From positions 1,284 through 65,283 of the forward strand of contig JADHRW010000002.1 in the NCBI GenBank assembly GCA_016777225.1: a stretch of 64,000 nucleotides of DNA. The letters are read 5' to 3'. The position numbers and the translations under genes were made by a program. This document shows, one piece after another, positions 55,633 through 64,000 of this stretch. Source of the stretch: Candidatus Thalassarchaeum sp. (GTDB lineage Archaea > Thermoplasmatota > Poseidoniia > Poseidoniales > Thalassarchaeaceae). Each line of letters begins with the position of its first letter. The first letter of the stretch is position 1. The notes under the pieces are model-generated. The model was not told where the DNA came from, made no database searches, and worked only from the letters and a program-made list of their open reading frames with translations.

Positions 55633-55709
55633 TGGTGGACCCGACCGGATTTGAACCGATGGCCACTCGGTTATGAGCCGAGCGCTCTAACCAACTGAGC
55701 TACGGGTCC
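55633..55709 (-). tRNA. tRNA with CAU anticodon (elongator Met or Ile2), CCA encoded
   Basis: Reverse complement GGACCCGTAGCTCAGTTGGTTAGAGCGCTCGGCTCATAACCGAGTGGCCATCGGTTCAAATCCGGTCGGGTCCACCA. It has G1-C72 and lacks the GGG/CCC anticodon stem, so it is not an initiator. Confidence 0.85.
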
Positions 55710-55787
55710 TATGACATGACTCGAATGCGACTTGGAAATGAACCTTATTATCGAACGATATTAAAAATTTGATTGAAAAATTATTTT

Positions 55788-55964
55788 TTAGATGAATAAT
55801 ATCCTAAAAATCCTAAAAAAAAACAATAATAGATAAAAAAGATAATTGGATGAATCTTTATTTTTTGAACGGCTCGAATCTAAAGGATAGATATCAAGAG
55901 TATCTCCAACTCCATCAGAATCGGTATCAATAATATTCCCTCTAATAATGAAAAATAATTCACA
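55788..55964 (-). pseudogene. Start-less remnant of a TSP3-repeat surface protein C-terminus
   Basis: Minus-strand frame open for 58 codons between stops, with no ATG: CELFFIIRGNIIDTDSDGVGDTLDIYPLDSSRSKNKDSSNYLFYLLLFFFRIFRILFI*. It contains one TSP3 loop (DTDSDGVGD..D..PLD) and a hydrophobic end. Confidence 0.4.
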
Positions 55965-56037
55965 TTAAGTGAAAAAAATTACATTAAGTTACCACTGTAA
56001 CACTTATGTCCTCTATCCTTCCGTATGGAGTTAGAGA

Positions 56038-58746
56038 GTGCATACTATGGCCATGGACGAAAAAATGAATAAAGCAACAATAATGTTAGTAATTGGAATT
56101 ATGTTAGTAGGAGTTAATGCGACAATAGTCACATCAACATTTGATGGATTAATTTCAGAAGGTATGGCAGATAATGTTGCTGCTGCATATGCACAAGATG
56201 AGCTAATTGATGATGATTGGAACGAATCTACTTCTGAAAAAGTATACTTCGGATATAATCTTACAGACATTGATGCATTATCAAGTGAAGACCCTTCCAA
56301 TGCATATACTAAGGTAGGACCATGGATTTACAACGTTACATCTCACAAAGAGCTCTTAGATTGGAATGAAGTTGAAGGAACTATGACATATTCAGAATAT
56401 GAAGTGTTTGAATGGTGTGGAGATTGTACATGGGAAGATAGAGATGGTACCATGGGAGATATTGGAAAAATATACGACTCTGTCCCAGGAACAAATGACT
56501 TCCAAAACGTCAATATCTTGTGGATGGCAGAAAGTATTGGAGCAATTGGACCAGTAGGTTTCGAATATGGAGAACCATTTGCTAAAGCCGGTTTTGCAAC
56601 AAATATGATGGAATTAGAGCTTTCAAGTAAGGCTCCAAGTATATGGTCAGCAGAAGACATTAGCAATAAATTATACGGTGCTGAAGCCGCGACACCGAGT
56701 TATGTAATGACAGAAGCATATGCAGTATGGAATGCTAGCGCAGGAGCAGGAATGATGGAGCCTGATTTTACATCTTCAGCGAATATGATTCTAGAAGATG
56801 CAGTTGACCCGTCAACTGGCATGTGCATTGCACTAACTTGTGACTATGGACCAATGCTAGTAGCTGGAATGGGTGAGCCAAATGAAGTAGTCACACCGAC
56901 CAGAGCTATGTTATACGGATATTCTGATATTTCAGAACCTGAGAGAACTCATATCGATTGGGCTGTATATGCACTGGCAGGTAGCACATTCTTAGCAAAT
57001 GGAGGTGGTGCTGATCTAACTACTACTGATAATAATAGAGAAAGGCTACTAGAAGTTAGTGGAGTAAATATTGCAAATCCTGCGGTTCTAGAATATCTAT
57101 TATTTGGGATAAATGAGGATGGTTTGGCAGAAGGAATAATTCAAGAAACTGACTTCAATGGATTGCCACTAAATGGTAATATTCTTTTCTTATTAGGTGC
57201 ACAGGGCGATGCTTTTAGCACTATGAGTACCTATGGAATAGGATTAACTCAACTTCTTGGATTAGCAGATTGGGCAGGTGCTTGGATTGGTATGCTTGGA
57301 ATTCCTGCTGAATTTCCGATGATACTTACAGGTAGTTCAGGGACAATGAACGCTAATGATTGGTGGATAGCATCGTTCGGCGGAGAAGAACCTCTAGCTG
57401 GCGGATATATCCCTCTAGGATTGAATATGGGGCCTTGGGAAGGACAAATTGATATGTCGAGTGAGGATGTAAGAAATGTACTTTACGATAGTCCATATGC
57501 ATTAGCATCAACTGGTTTTGGAGCCGAATTCATGTATGGAGAAGCAACAGGGAAGACTCTCCCTCAAGGTGCTGATGGTGCCGAAGTAGGAGGAACTGTA
57601 TCTGACTGGAATGATGAATATGTTGCTAATCTATATGGAATAACTGTATTAGAAGCACAATCAGTTAGAAATTATATCGCTAACTTCATGGTAGATGTAG
57701 TTGTACCTACTTTACTAACATTCCAGACTGGAGCAAGTGCTTACACAACTCAAACAGTAGACCAATGGTTGTTTGGTTCTTGTGATCCTGTTTTAGAATT
57801 CCAATTTGGTTCAGTTGCTTGCTATTCAAGTCTAGAAACCAATAAAACGTACTATGGTTCAGTATCAGAAGAATTCCCTAATGGGATATCAACTGGAGAT
57901 TACTCAGCATATGTGATGAGTATTGAAGGAGATACTATTGGTCAAAGATTAATGCAAGGATATGCTAATACAGATGGAGATGGACTGTGTGATTTCGATT
58001 ACTCAGCAAGTGGAGTATATCTGGGAGAAGACATTGAATGTACAGAAGGCCAAGTATATGGAATGACCGAATATCTAACTTGGAGGGCTCCTGCGAAAGA
58101 TGCTGCTAATTACGGACTTATGGAAGAGGCTGTAGGATCAAGTGTTGATTATGCAGTATTAGAGAATTCAATAGGAGCAATAGGTACTGCTGATGAATCA
58201 TTCAAGTATAACCTAGGAGGTTATGCAGTTGCAATGACAGAAGTTGGCGATAATGTAGAATTCAAAGGAATACCTATGGTTGAGCATAGTATCGTACTTG
58301 ATGCAACACAACACAATATTCAATCGAAATTAATTCCAACTAGTTTGTCACCAATTTCAGTGACTCCTGGTGTATTAGGATTATACTTTAATGGAAATGT
58401 TGACTTTAAAGTAGAACCTAATACTAATGCTGTGATGTATGGTCATGGAACATTGCAATTCGTTCTAGATATCAGAGGCTTAGGATATGATAGCCCTGAT
58501 CTAAGCGAGGGAGCAACTGATGCGTATCCTGTTTTTGAAATAGCAATTCATAGTGAAATCGGCGATGAGGATGCAGAAGATGTTAGAGGTGCAACAGATA
58601 GTATAGGAATAATGGGCTTTACAAGCTTAGATGCCCCTATGCCAATTCTCGCATTGAACCTTGTTCAATTGGTCGTTTATGTATTAGGACTTGGAATGTT
58701 GGCATATGGAGGAATGAATATGTCATCAAAGAATGAAGATGAGTAG
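56038..58746 (+). CDS. Two-TM ectodomain protein with CD36/SR-B/LIMP-2-family-like signature blocks (expanded ectodomain)
   Basis: 902-aa ORF (GTG 56038; ATG 56047). N-terminal TM ATIMLVIGIMLVGVNATIV and C-terminal TM ILALNLVQLVVYVLGLGMLAYGG. For the collinear motif matches to CD36-family blocks, see findings. High confidence as a CDS; the family call is moderate. Confidence 0.55.
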   Translation: MHTMAMDEKMNKATIMLVIGIMLVGVNATIVTSTFDGLISEGMADNVAAAYAQDELIDDDWNESTSEKVYFGYNLTDIDALSSEDPSNAYTKVGPWIYNVTSHKELLDWNEVEGTMTYSEYEVFEWCGDCTWEDRDGTMGDIGKIYDSVPGTNDFQNVNILWMAESIGAIGPVGFEYGEPFAKAGFATNMMELELSSKAPSIWSAEDISNKLYGAEAATPSYVMTEAYAVWNASAGAGMMEPDFTSSANMILEDAVDPSTGMCIALTCDYGPMLVAGMGEPNEVVTPTRAMLYGYSDISEPERTHIDWAVYALAGSTFLANGGGADLTTTDNNRERLLEVSGVNIANPAVLEYLLFGINEDGLAEGIIQETDFNGLPLNGNILFLLGAQGDAFSTMSTYGIGLTQLLGLADWAGAWIGMLGIPAEFPMILTGSSGTMNANDWWIASFGGEEPLAGGYIPLGLNMGPWEGQIDMSSEDVRNVLYDSPYALASTGFGAEFMYGEATGKTLPQGADGAEVGGTVSDWNDEYVANLYGITVLEAQSVRNYIANFMVDVVVPTLLTFQTGASAYTTQTVDQWLFGSCDPVLEFQFGSVACYSSLETNKTYYGSVSEEFPNGISTGDYSAYVMSIEGDTIGQRLMQGYANTDGDGLCDFDYSASGVYLGEDIECTEGQVYGMTEYLTWRAPAKDAANYGLMEEAVGSSVDYAVLENSIGAIGTADESFKYNLGGYAVAMTEVGDNVEFKGIPMVEHSIVLDATQHNIQSKLIPTSLSPISVTPGVLGLYFNGNVDFKVEPNTNAVMYGHGTLQFVLDIRGLGYDSPDLSEGATDAYPVFEIAIHSEIGDEDAEDVRGATDSIGIMGFTSLDAPMPILALNLVQLVVYVLGLGMLAYGGMNMSSKNEDE

Positions 58747-58826
58747 AAAATTGACTGTTCTTATTTTTCCCTTCATCACGAAGGGTTCAATCATTCACGC
58801 CCACCCCCTAGAATAGGAGGGCTTGG

Positions 58827-59897
58827 ATGAGACTGAGGTATATCGATCGTATACGAGCTATTGCTATACTATGTATGGTTCAAGTACATACTGCAGCAAT
58901 AATTCCTCCAGAGGGAATATCTGTTGAACATCCAATCGCATTTATTTCTGCCGCTATAGGAGGAATGGCAGCACCAATGTTTGTCACAATTTCAGGATGG
59001 GGGATATACCGTAGCGCCATCAGAAGAAGTGAATCAGGAAATAATAATATTTTTCCTTGGATTTCATGGATTGTTCCACGTATCACTATACTGACTATTT
59101 GTCAGTTATTAGTTAACTCAGCATTATTTATGGATAGGGGCGGAAGGTTTGATTGGATGACTCCCGGTGTACTGACTTTACTGGCATTAGCATCTCTTAT
59201 AGGTCCAGTAATAGTATATCTAACAAAGAAGCAACGATTTTCTATGATGCTATTGTTTATGATTTCACCAATGATAATTGGAGATCTTAATGGTGTAGAT
59301 CTATATTGGAGTGAAAGAGTATCATCAATTGGAATTGAAGAATGGATAGAGAGACTTCTGTTGAATGGTACTTATCCTGCATTACCTTGGTTAGCATTCA
59401 TATTTTTAGGAAGTTTGATAGATGAAGATAAAGAGAATTTAGACAATCAAAATAAGTTAGTCAAGGCTGGTCTAATCATAATTGCTATCAGTATGATTTA
59501 TTCACTATATGAAAGAATGCCATGGGCTCTTACAGAAGGAAATGCAATACTAACTTTTTTCCCAGCCAACTCCATGTTTATCCTTACTTCAGGTATATTC
59601 GTACTTATCTTATTCCGAATTTTAGAAGGTGGTGAAAAATCAGGAGGTGAACCCTTTGGAGGAGAAAAACTCTCTTGGTTAGAACCTGCAGGGAGATTAT
59701 CTTTAACAATATATGTAGCGCACTTTGTATTGCTGGGGGTTGTAGCATATGAAATGCAAAATCAATCTCGTTTGGAAATCTATACTGCATTTATATTGAC
59801 GATTTTTCATACATCTATATGGATTCCTTTATCTATATGGCATGAAAAATATATCCCTAAACTTTCATTTGAAGAACTTTTGAGTAGACTCAATTAG
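58827..59897 (+). CDS. DUF1624 / heparan-alpha-glucosaminide N-acetyltransferase-like polytopic membrane protein
   Basis: N-terminal RYIDRIRAIAILCMVQVHTAA (the R..siD..R..ai..M...H hallmark). About 9-10 TM segments. Confidence 0.65.
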   Translation: MRLRYIDRIRAIAILCMVQVHTAAIIPPEGISVEHPIAFISAAIGGMAAPMFVTISGWGIYRSAIRRSESGNNNIFPWISWIVPRITILTICQLLVNSALFMDRGGRFDWMTPGVLTLLALASLIGPVIVYLTKKQRFSMMLLFMISPMIIGDLNGVDLYWSERVSSIGIEEWIERLLLNGTYPALPWLAFIFLGSLIDEDKENLDNQNKLVKAGLIIIAISMIYSLYERMPWALTEGNAILTFFPANSMFILTSGIFVLILFRILEGGEKSGGEPFGGEKLSWLEPAGRLSLTIYVAHFVLLGVVAYEMQNQSRLEIYTAFILTIFHTSIWIPLSIWHEKYIPKLSFEELLSRLN

Positions 59898-62800
59898 TCT
59901 TGAAGGTAGTCTGTCGTCCAGCTTATGGGGCCAAACCAGCCTGTATTTTCATGATTTGATGCTTGCATTCTTCCGTAGTATGTAGTCCCCCAAGACAAAC
60001 CGGTTATCATGGTTGAATAATTACCAATAGAACTACTTCCTAAATCCAAACTACTAGCCCAACCAGTAGACTGATTTCCCATATCAATAGTTCCATAATA
60101 GAAAGTTAAAGATGTGTTAGTCCCATTATCATAAGTTTCCCAAGAGATATCTGTCGTACTTGTCGTCTCATCAGAAGATTCTAAATTTCGAATAATTGCA
60201 TCATATACAAAGAAATCACCACGAAGAGAGTCATTATTCCAAACAGGTAAATGATCTAGGGCATCATAAGTTTGCTGGTTTAGAGGGAATCCCCATGCAG
60301 CATGGTAAGGAGCGAGATTGTATCCAGTTGTATTAGAAAGATGCATTACCCAATAGTTGAACTCTTCAACATCACCTATTGGGACCTCATCATTAGGTAG
60401 GGTGTAGTAAAGACTCAAGGTTTCTGTTATTACATCCCAACCCCATTCTTCTTTAATGATTAAGAATGTATCTAGAGCGGTCCAAACTGACCAATTAGAA
60501 ATATTAGAACCATCCTCGAAATATGAACTCATCCTTGATTCTCTTTGTTGAGGATCTACTGCACTGTGGCCCTCGACTCCAACTAAATCTTCCATCAGAT
60601 AAACACTTGCAAAGTTACAACTGGTTTCGGTATTACCGGGTAATGTAGAAGGCATCCATTGATGATTATGACCAAGCTCATGGAACATCCCCCAGTCTCC
60701 ATTCTCACTCATATAAGTATAATTTACTACGTCAGGAACACTTAGATCATGAGCCATGAATGGATAACCAGAATGCATCCAACCAGCAGATATTTGGACA
60801 TCGAAAACTGCTCTTTCGACTCTAGGCCAAGGTTCAAATCCATACAGTTGGTGTTCCATATTGAGAGCAGTATCCCACCAATTCATTAGCTGACTAGGAT
60901 TATCAAGTTCACGTATTTCCGAACTAGGGACTGTCATAATGAAATTATTAGAGACCAACTCAGCCCATGGCGCGGGGTTTTCTTTTTCTGAATAAAGCCA
61001 TTCAAAATCAGAGGTATCGCCCAGTACAAACATCGGTGCACGAATTGCTCCAGAAATGGTCAACTCTAAATCGCCAAATACTGAACCAGCGGGAACTGAT
61101 ACATAGATAGGTCCTCCAAATGAATTCGCAACTTCAGTAGTAGTATTTTCAATCCCCCAATTCCTGTAAATTTTTGAGTGACGTTTGATAATATCTTTCC
61201 CCCATAAACTATCGGTATGAGCACCTATCAATATACTAAAGTCTAATTCAGAAGTTTCTTGATCAACTAAAACAGTAATTACTTCACCAGGAGGGGCATA
61301 TAATCCAGTTGACATCCTTATATTCGAACGGGCTCCAGAATAACCGAAGTCGCTAGGAAGTCCAGATTGATTACCATTGACTGTAACTGTACGACTTATT
61401 CTAGTAGCGTTAGATGATACAATGCCTGGAAATTCCACATGACTAGGATGTACTGGAAGTTCATCAGCAGGAAGATTCTGAGTAAGAGATTCTTCCAATC
61501 GCAATAAGATATCAGAAACTGGATCGGCCCCCAAATCATAACCTATTGAACTCCAAAGTGTACTGTATTCTATTATTGTCCAGCCTGTCGAATTTATCAA
61601 ACTTCTAAGAGGTGTCCAAAAATCGATAAAGTCTAATGGAAGAATTACAGTGCAGTCAGAAATAGATTTATATGCAATATTTGCATCATCATTTGATAAT
61701 TCAATACCATTTATACGAACATCTAAAACTGCTTCTATTGCATTATGTGGTGTATGTAATAGATCAGGTAATTCAAAATTAATATCATTATAACCCCATG
61801 AATTAGATACTAATAGACCAGTAGTTTTAGAAATTTTATTACCAGGATAATTATGTGTGACATCAGAATTAGAATAAGACCAATACCAAGAATGGCCGCC
61901 CATGATTAATCCCCCACCTTCTAATAGAAATTTTTCTATAGCAATATTATCACTATCATCGTGACCATTCCAAAATTCATCAACAAGACAATTGATTTCC
62001 GAAAGATCATCAGGAGTCACTGATAGGTGAACTTCATGTCCAGCAGCCCTCAAATCATTTTCCCAGTCATCAAATCCTGCAGCATAAGATAAACCCACGC
62101 TGGCCGATTCCCCACATGCCCATTCCACTGCTCGAAGTGTGAAATCATGATTTTCATCTACCCAGCTTTCATGACCATACCCTACTATTTTTCCACGGCC
62201 AACATGTCCAGCAGATACAACGGTATTATCTTCAGAATCTCTACCAACAGGAAACGACCATTCGCCAATCGGTAGAATAAGCGACGACCAGCCACCCCAG
62301 TCAGCATCTTCTATACCATACAAAAGTTCATTTTGATCAGATCTTAAATCATGTATAGCGATCCATATATTCAGACCTACAGCTCCACCAGTATTATTAG
62401 CCCAGATAGTATATTCTTTCCAATCAGTTCTAAAGTTAGGAATTCCTTCAATAGTGCCATTATCGAGTAAAGTTAGTCCAGAGGGTAAATCTGGATAAAC
62501 TTCCCAAGAATCTATAGATGGACCATTATTTGTGGCAGGAATCAATACACTATAGTTAGATCTTAATGCATATTCAGACTCTGGCCAAAATATTTCATCA
62601 GGAGGCAGGCTAGTGATACTAATAATTAGTTGAGTCGTGGTGTACCCTCCTGAATTATTAGCCCAAATTTGGTATGTAAAAGAATCTTGAAATTCCATAG
62701 CTATTCCAGAAATAATACCGTTTTCATTATTAAAATTTAGACCTAAAGGGAGACTAGGATAAATTTCCCAGTTTTCTGGTAAACCACCAGACCAAGAAGG

Positions 62801-63874
62801 AATAATATCAAAGATATCTTCATCTATAGTTAAGTCGAGTATGTATGGCTCATAACGTATATTTTCGGGAGCAATATCATTTACTGAAATAAGAATAGTT
62901 GTTGTAATAGAACCACCAGTATTTGTTGCAGTAACATAATGTTCTCTTATTGCATGTAATTCAGAAGGAGTACCCGATATTGAGCCATCATCTAAATCAA
63001 ATATAATCCCTTGAGGTAATGGTGGTTCAATCATCCATTCCATAATTTCGCCACCATCAACACTTGGTATTTCTTCTATTAATTCACCTAACAACCACTG
63101 AAATGGATGGCCGGAATAAAAAAGGTTTTCAGGAGTCTGATGAGTAGAGATTATTCTAAGAGTAGTTGAAACAGAACCGCCAGAATTAGATGCTGTAATG
63201 GTATAATTAGAATCAACTAATTGCTGGATGACGCCAGATATCTCTCCGTTATCTAAAATCTCTAAACCATCGGGTAAATTAGGTACTATTTCCCATCCTT
63301 CAATCTCACCACCAGAAGTCATAGGATTATTTATTCCACAGAATTCATTAAGTGTACAAAAAATCACATTATCCCCATAAATAATCATATTTGGTGGAGC
63401 AGGTAATATCTGTATATCAATAATAAATACACTAGAACCAACTGCATTGGTTGCAATTATTGTAAATCTAGTAGATATTAGTTCTATTTCTGGAGTTCCA
63501 GAAATAACTCCACTTTCAGCATCAATAGTTAGACCCTCTGGTAACCTTGGATTGACTAACCAGTTTTGAGGGCCATCTCCAGTAAAACTAGGCGTTAAGG
63601 TCTGAATTGTATCGCCTACAATCAAAAATAAGGATTCTTCACCGTAATCTAAATTATCAGGAGACGTCATTAATCTACAAGATTCACCAGTAAATATTTG
63701 ATTGAAGAAACAATCTTCTTCTGAAATTTCAATAATTTCACAACTAGGATCGTTGGGTTCTTGTTGGCAATCAATTTCTTCGATACTGGAGTCTTGACTC
63801 CAAGGAAGTGATAAACATCCCGGGGTCAACAGTAATAAAACCAATAGCAAAGCCAATGATTTAGGTGACTCCAT
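59894..63874 (-). CDS. Lipoprotein-type secreted M60-like (enhancin/TCAF-like) zinc metallopeptidase with putative-Ig (He_PIG) repeats and a C-terminal FN3-like domain
   Basis: 1326 aa. Signal plus lipobox-like LLLLTPGC. At least 5 repeats with LP[EDQLS]GL.(I/F)....G.ISG(TP). A central block GRGKIVGYGHESW...GGGLIMGGHSWYW. Zinc motif MFHELGHNHQW (HELGH at 60668-60682). C-terminal TDISWETYDNGTNTSLTFYYG...YYGRMQASN. Confidence 0.85.
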   Translation of the reverse strand: MESPKSLALLLVLLLLTPGCLSLPWSQDSSIEEIDCQQEPNDPSCEIIEISEEDCFFNQIFTGESCRLMTSPDNLDYGEESLFLIVGDTIQTLTPSFTGDGPQNWLVNPRLPEGLTIDAESGVISGTPEIELISTRFTIIATNAVGSSVFIIDIQILPAPPNMIIYGDNVIFCTLNEFCGINNPMTSGGEIEGWEIVPNLPDGLEILDNGEISGVIQQLVDSNYTITASNSGGSVSTTLRIISTHQTPENLFYSGHPFQWLLGELIEEIPSVDGGEIMEWMIEPPLPQGIIFDLDDGSISGTPSELHAIREHYVTATNTGGSITTTILISVNDIAPENIRYEPYILDLTIDEDIFDIIPSWSGGLPENWEIYPSLPLGLNFNNENGIISGIAMEFQDSFTYQIWANNSGGYTTTQLIISITSLPPDEIFWPESEYALRSNYSVLIPATNNGPSIDSWEVYPDLPSGLTLLDNGTIEGIPNFRTDWKEYTIWANNTGGAVGLNIWIAIHDLRSDQNELLYGIEDADWGGWSSLILPIGEWSFPVGRDSEDNTVVSAGHVGRGKIVGYGHESWVDENHDFTLRAVEWACGESASVGLSYAAGFDDWENDLRAAGHEVHLSVTPDDLSEINCLVDEFWNGHDDSDNIAIEKFLLEGGGLIMGGHSWYWSYSNSDVTHNYPGNKISKTTGLLVSNSWGYNDINFELPDLLHTPHNAIEAVLDVRINGIELSNDDANIAYKSISDCTVILPLDFIDFWTPLRSLINSTGWTIIEYSTLWSSIGYDLGADPVSDILLRLEESLTQNLPADELPVHPSHVEFPGIVSSNATRISRTVTVNGNQSGLPSDFGYSGARSNIRMSTGLYAPPGEVITVLVDQETSELDFSILIGAHTDSLWGKDIIKRHSKIYRNWGIENTTTEVANSFGGPIYVSVPAGSVFGDLELTISGAIRAPMFVLGDTSDFEWLYSEKENPAPWAELVSNNFIMTVPSSEIRELDNPSQLMNWWDTALNMEHQLYGFEPWPRVERAVFDVQISAGWMHSGYPFMAHDLSVPDVVNYTYMSENGDWGMFHELGHNHQWMPSTLPGNTETSCNFASVYLMEDLVGVEGHSAVDPQQRESRMSSYFEDGSNISNWSVWTALDTFLIIKEEWGWDVITETLSLYYTLPNDEVPIGDVEEFNYWVMHLSNTTGYNLAPYHAAWGFPLNQQTYDALDHLPVWNNDSLRGDFFVYDAIIRNLESSDETTSTTDISWETYDNGTNTSLTFYYGTIDMGNQSTGWASSLDLGSSSIGNYSTMITGLSWGTTYYGRMQASNHENTGWFGPISWTTDYLQD

Positions 63875-63916
63875 ATAGATGGTATGAAAGATTTCTTCAT
63901 AAAGTATATGTAAAAA

Positions 63917-64000
63917 TTATTCTAAACCAGGATAAGCAGGTCCACTTTCAAAACAATATTTTACAGTCTGATAATTTGATTTAAATGACTTGACATCAGA
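63917..64000 (-). CDS. 3' end of an unidentified gene entering from beyond the window
   Basis: Minus-strand frame open from 64000 to TAA at 63919-63917: ...SDVKSFKSNYQTVKYCFESGPAYPGLE*. Confidence 0.35.
   Translation of the reverse strand, partial: SDVKSFKSNYQTVKYCFESGPAYPGLE

Overview
This is an AT-rich chromosomal segment from an archaeon. The gene content fits a marine planktonic euryarchaeote of the Marine Group II (Poseidoniales) type. That lineage call is inference from content, not a database hit. Archaeal markers include Rpo11/RpoL, aEF-1beta with its Zn-ribbon partner, Cbf5, a GPN-loop GTPase, a DUF106 YidC-like insertase, a UbiA/DGGGP-synthase-like prenyltransferase, a type-A-like RNase P RNA, and TATA boxes about 22-27 nt upstream of tRNA genes.

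Gene content:
- Positions 1-18113 form an island of giant secreted or membrane-anchored proteins: a VCBS/cadherin-like protein that runs off the window start, two paralogous PPC-domain plus thrombospondin-type-3-repeat proteins, and a 2065-aa subtilisin. A 3-hydroxyacyl-CoA dehydrogenase lies inside the island and an isovaleryl-CoA-dehydrogenase-like enzyme lies next to it.
- The rest is mostly housekeeping: AsnRS, RpiA, RlmE, TruD, RpoL, a DEAD-box helicase, TusA-like, RibA, Cbf5, Cmk, OTC, GuaC.
- Interspersed with it are a proteorhodopsin-family gene, two HpnN/MMPL-like RND transporters, a thioredoxin-VKOR disulfide-forming cluster, and several large orphan surface proteins.
- Six tRNA genes (Gln, 2x Lys, His, Glu, Met/Ile2-CAU) and the RNase P RNA are absent from the ORF track. 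So are two small or edge-truncated ORFs.
- I saw no CRISPR array, transposase, integrase or rRNA.

Most interesting candidates:
1. A 902-aa two-TM ectodomain protein shows collinear matches to the signature blocks of the CD36/SR-B/LIMP-2 family, whose characterised members are eukaryotic.
2. An 870-aa protein has no signal peptide and combines a polyproline (PPG-hydrophobic) N-terminus, beta-sandwich repeats and a C-terminal Zn ribbon. It sits directly upstream of a YidC-like insertase that also ends in a basic tail plus Zn ribbon. The same PPPPPGFE motif occurs in the cytoplasmic tail of one giant surface protein.
3. A translationally coupled Trx-VKOR module lies near heavily Cys-paired surface repeats.
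4. The rhodopsin has Lys at the proton-donor position (D-T-K).
5. An M60-like/TCAF-like lipoprotein peptidase carries putative-Ig repeats.

All homology statements come from reading motifs by eye. No searches were run.
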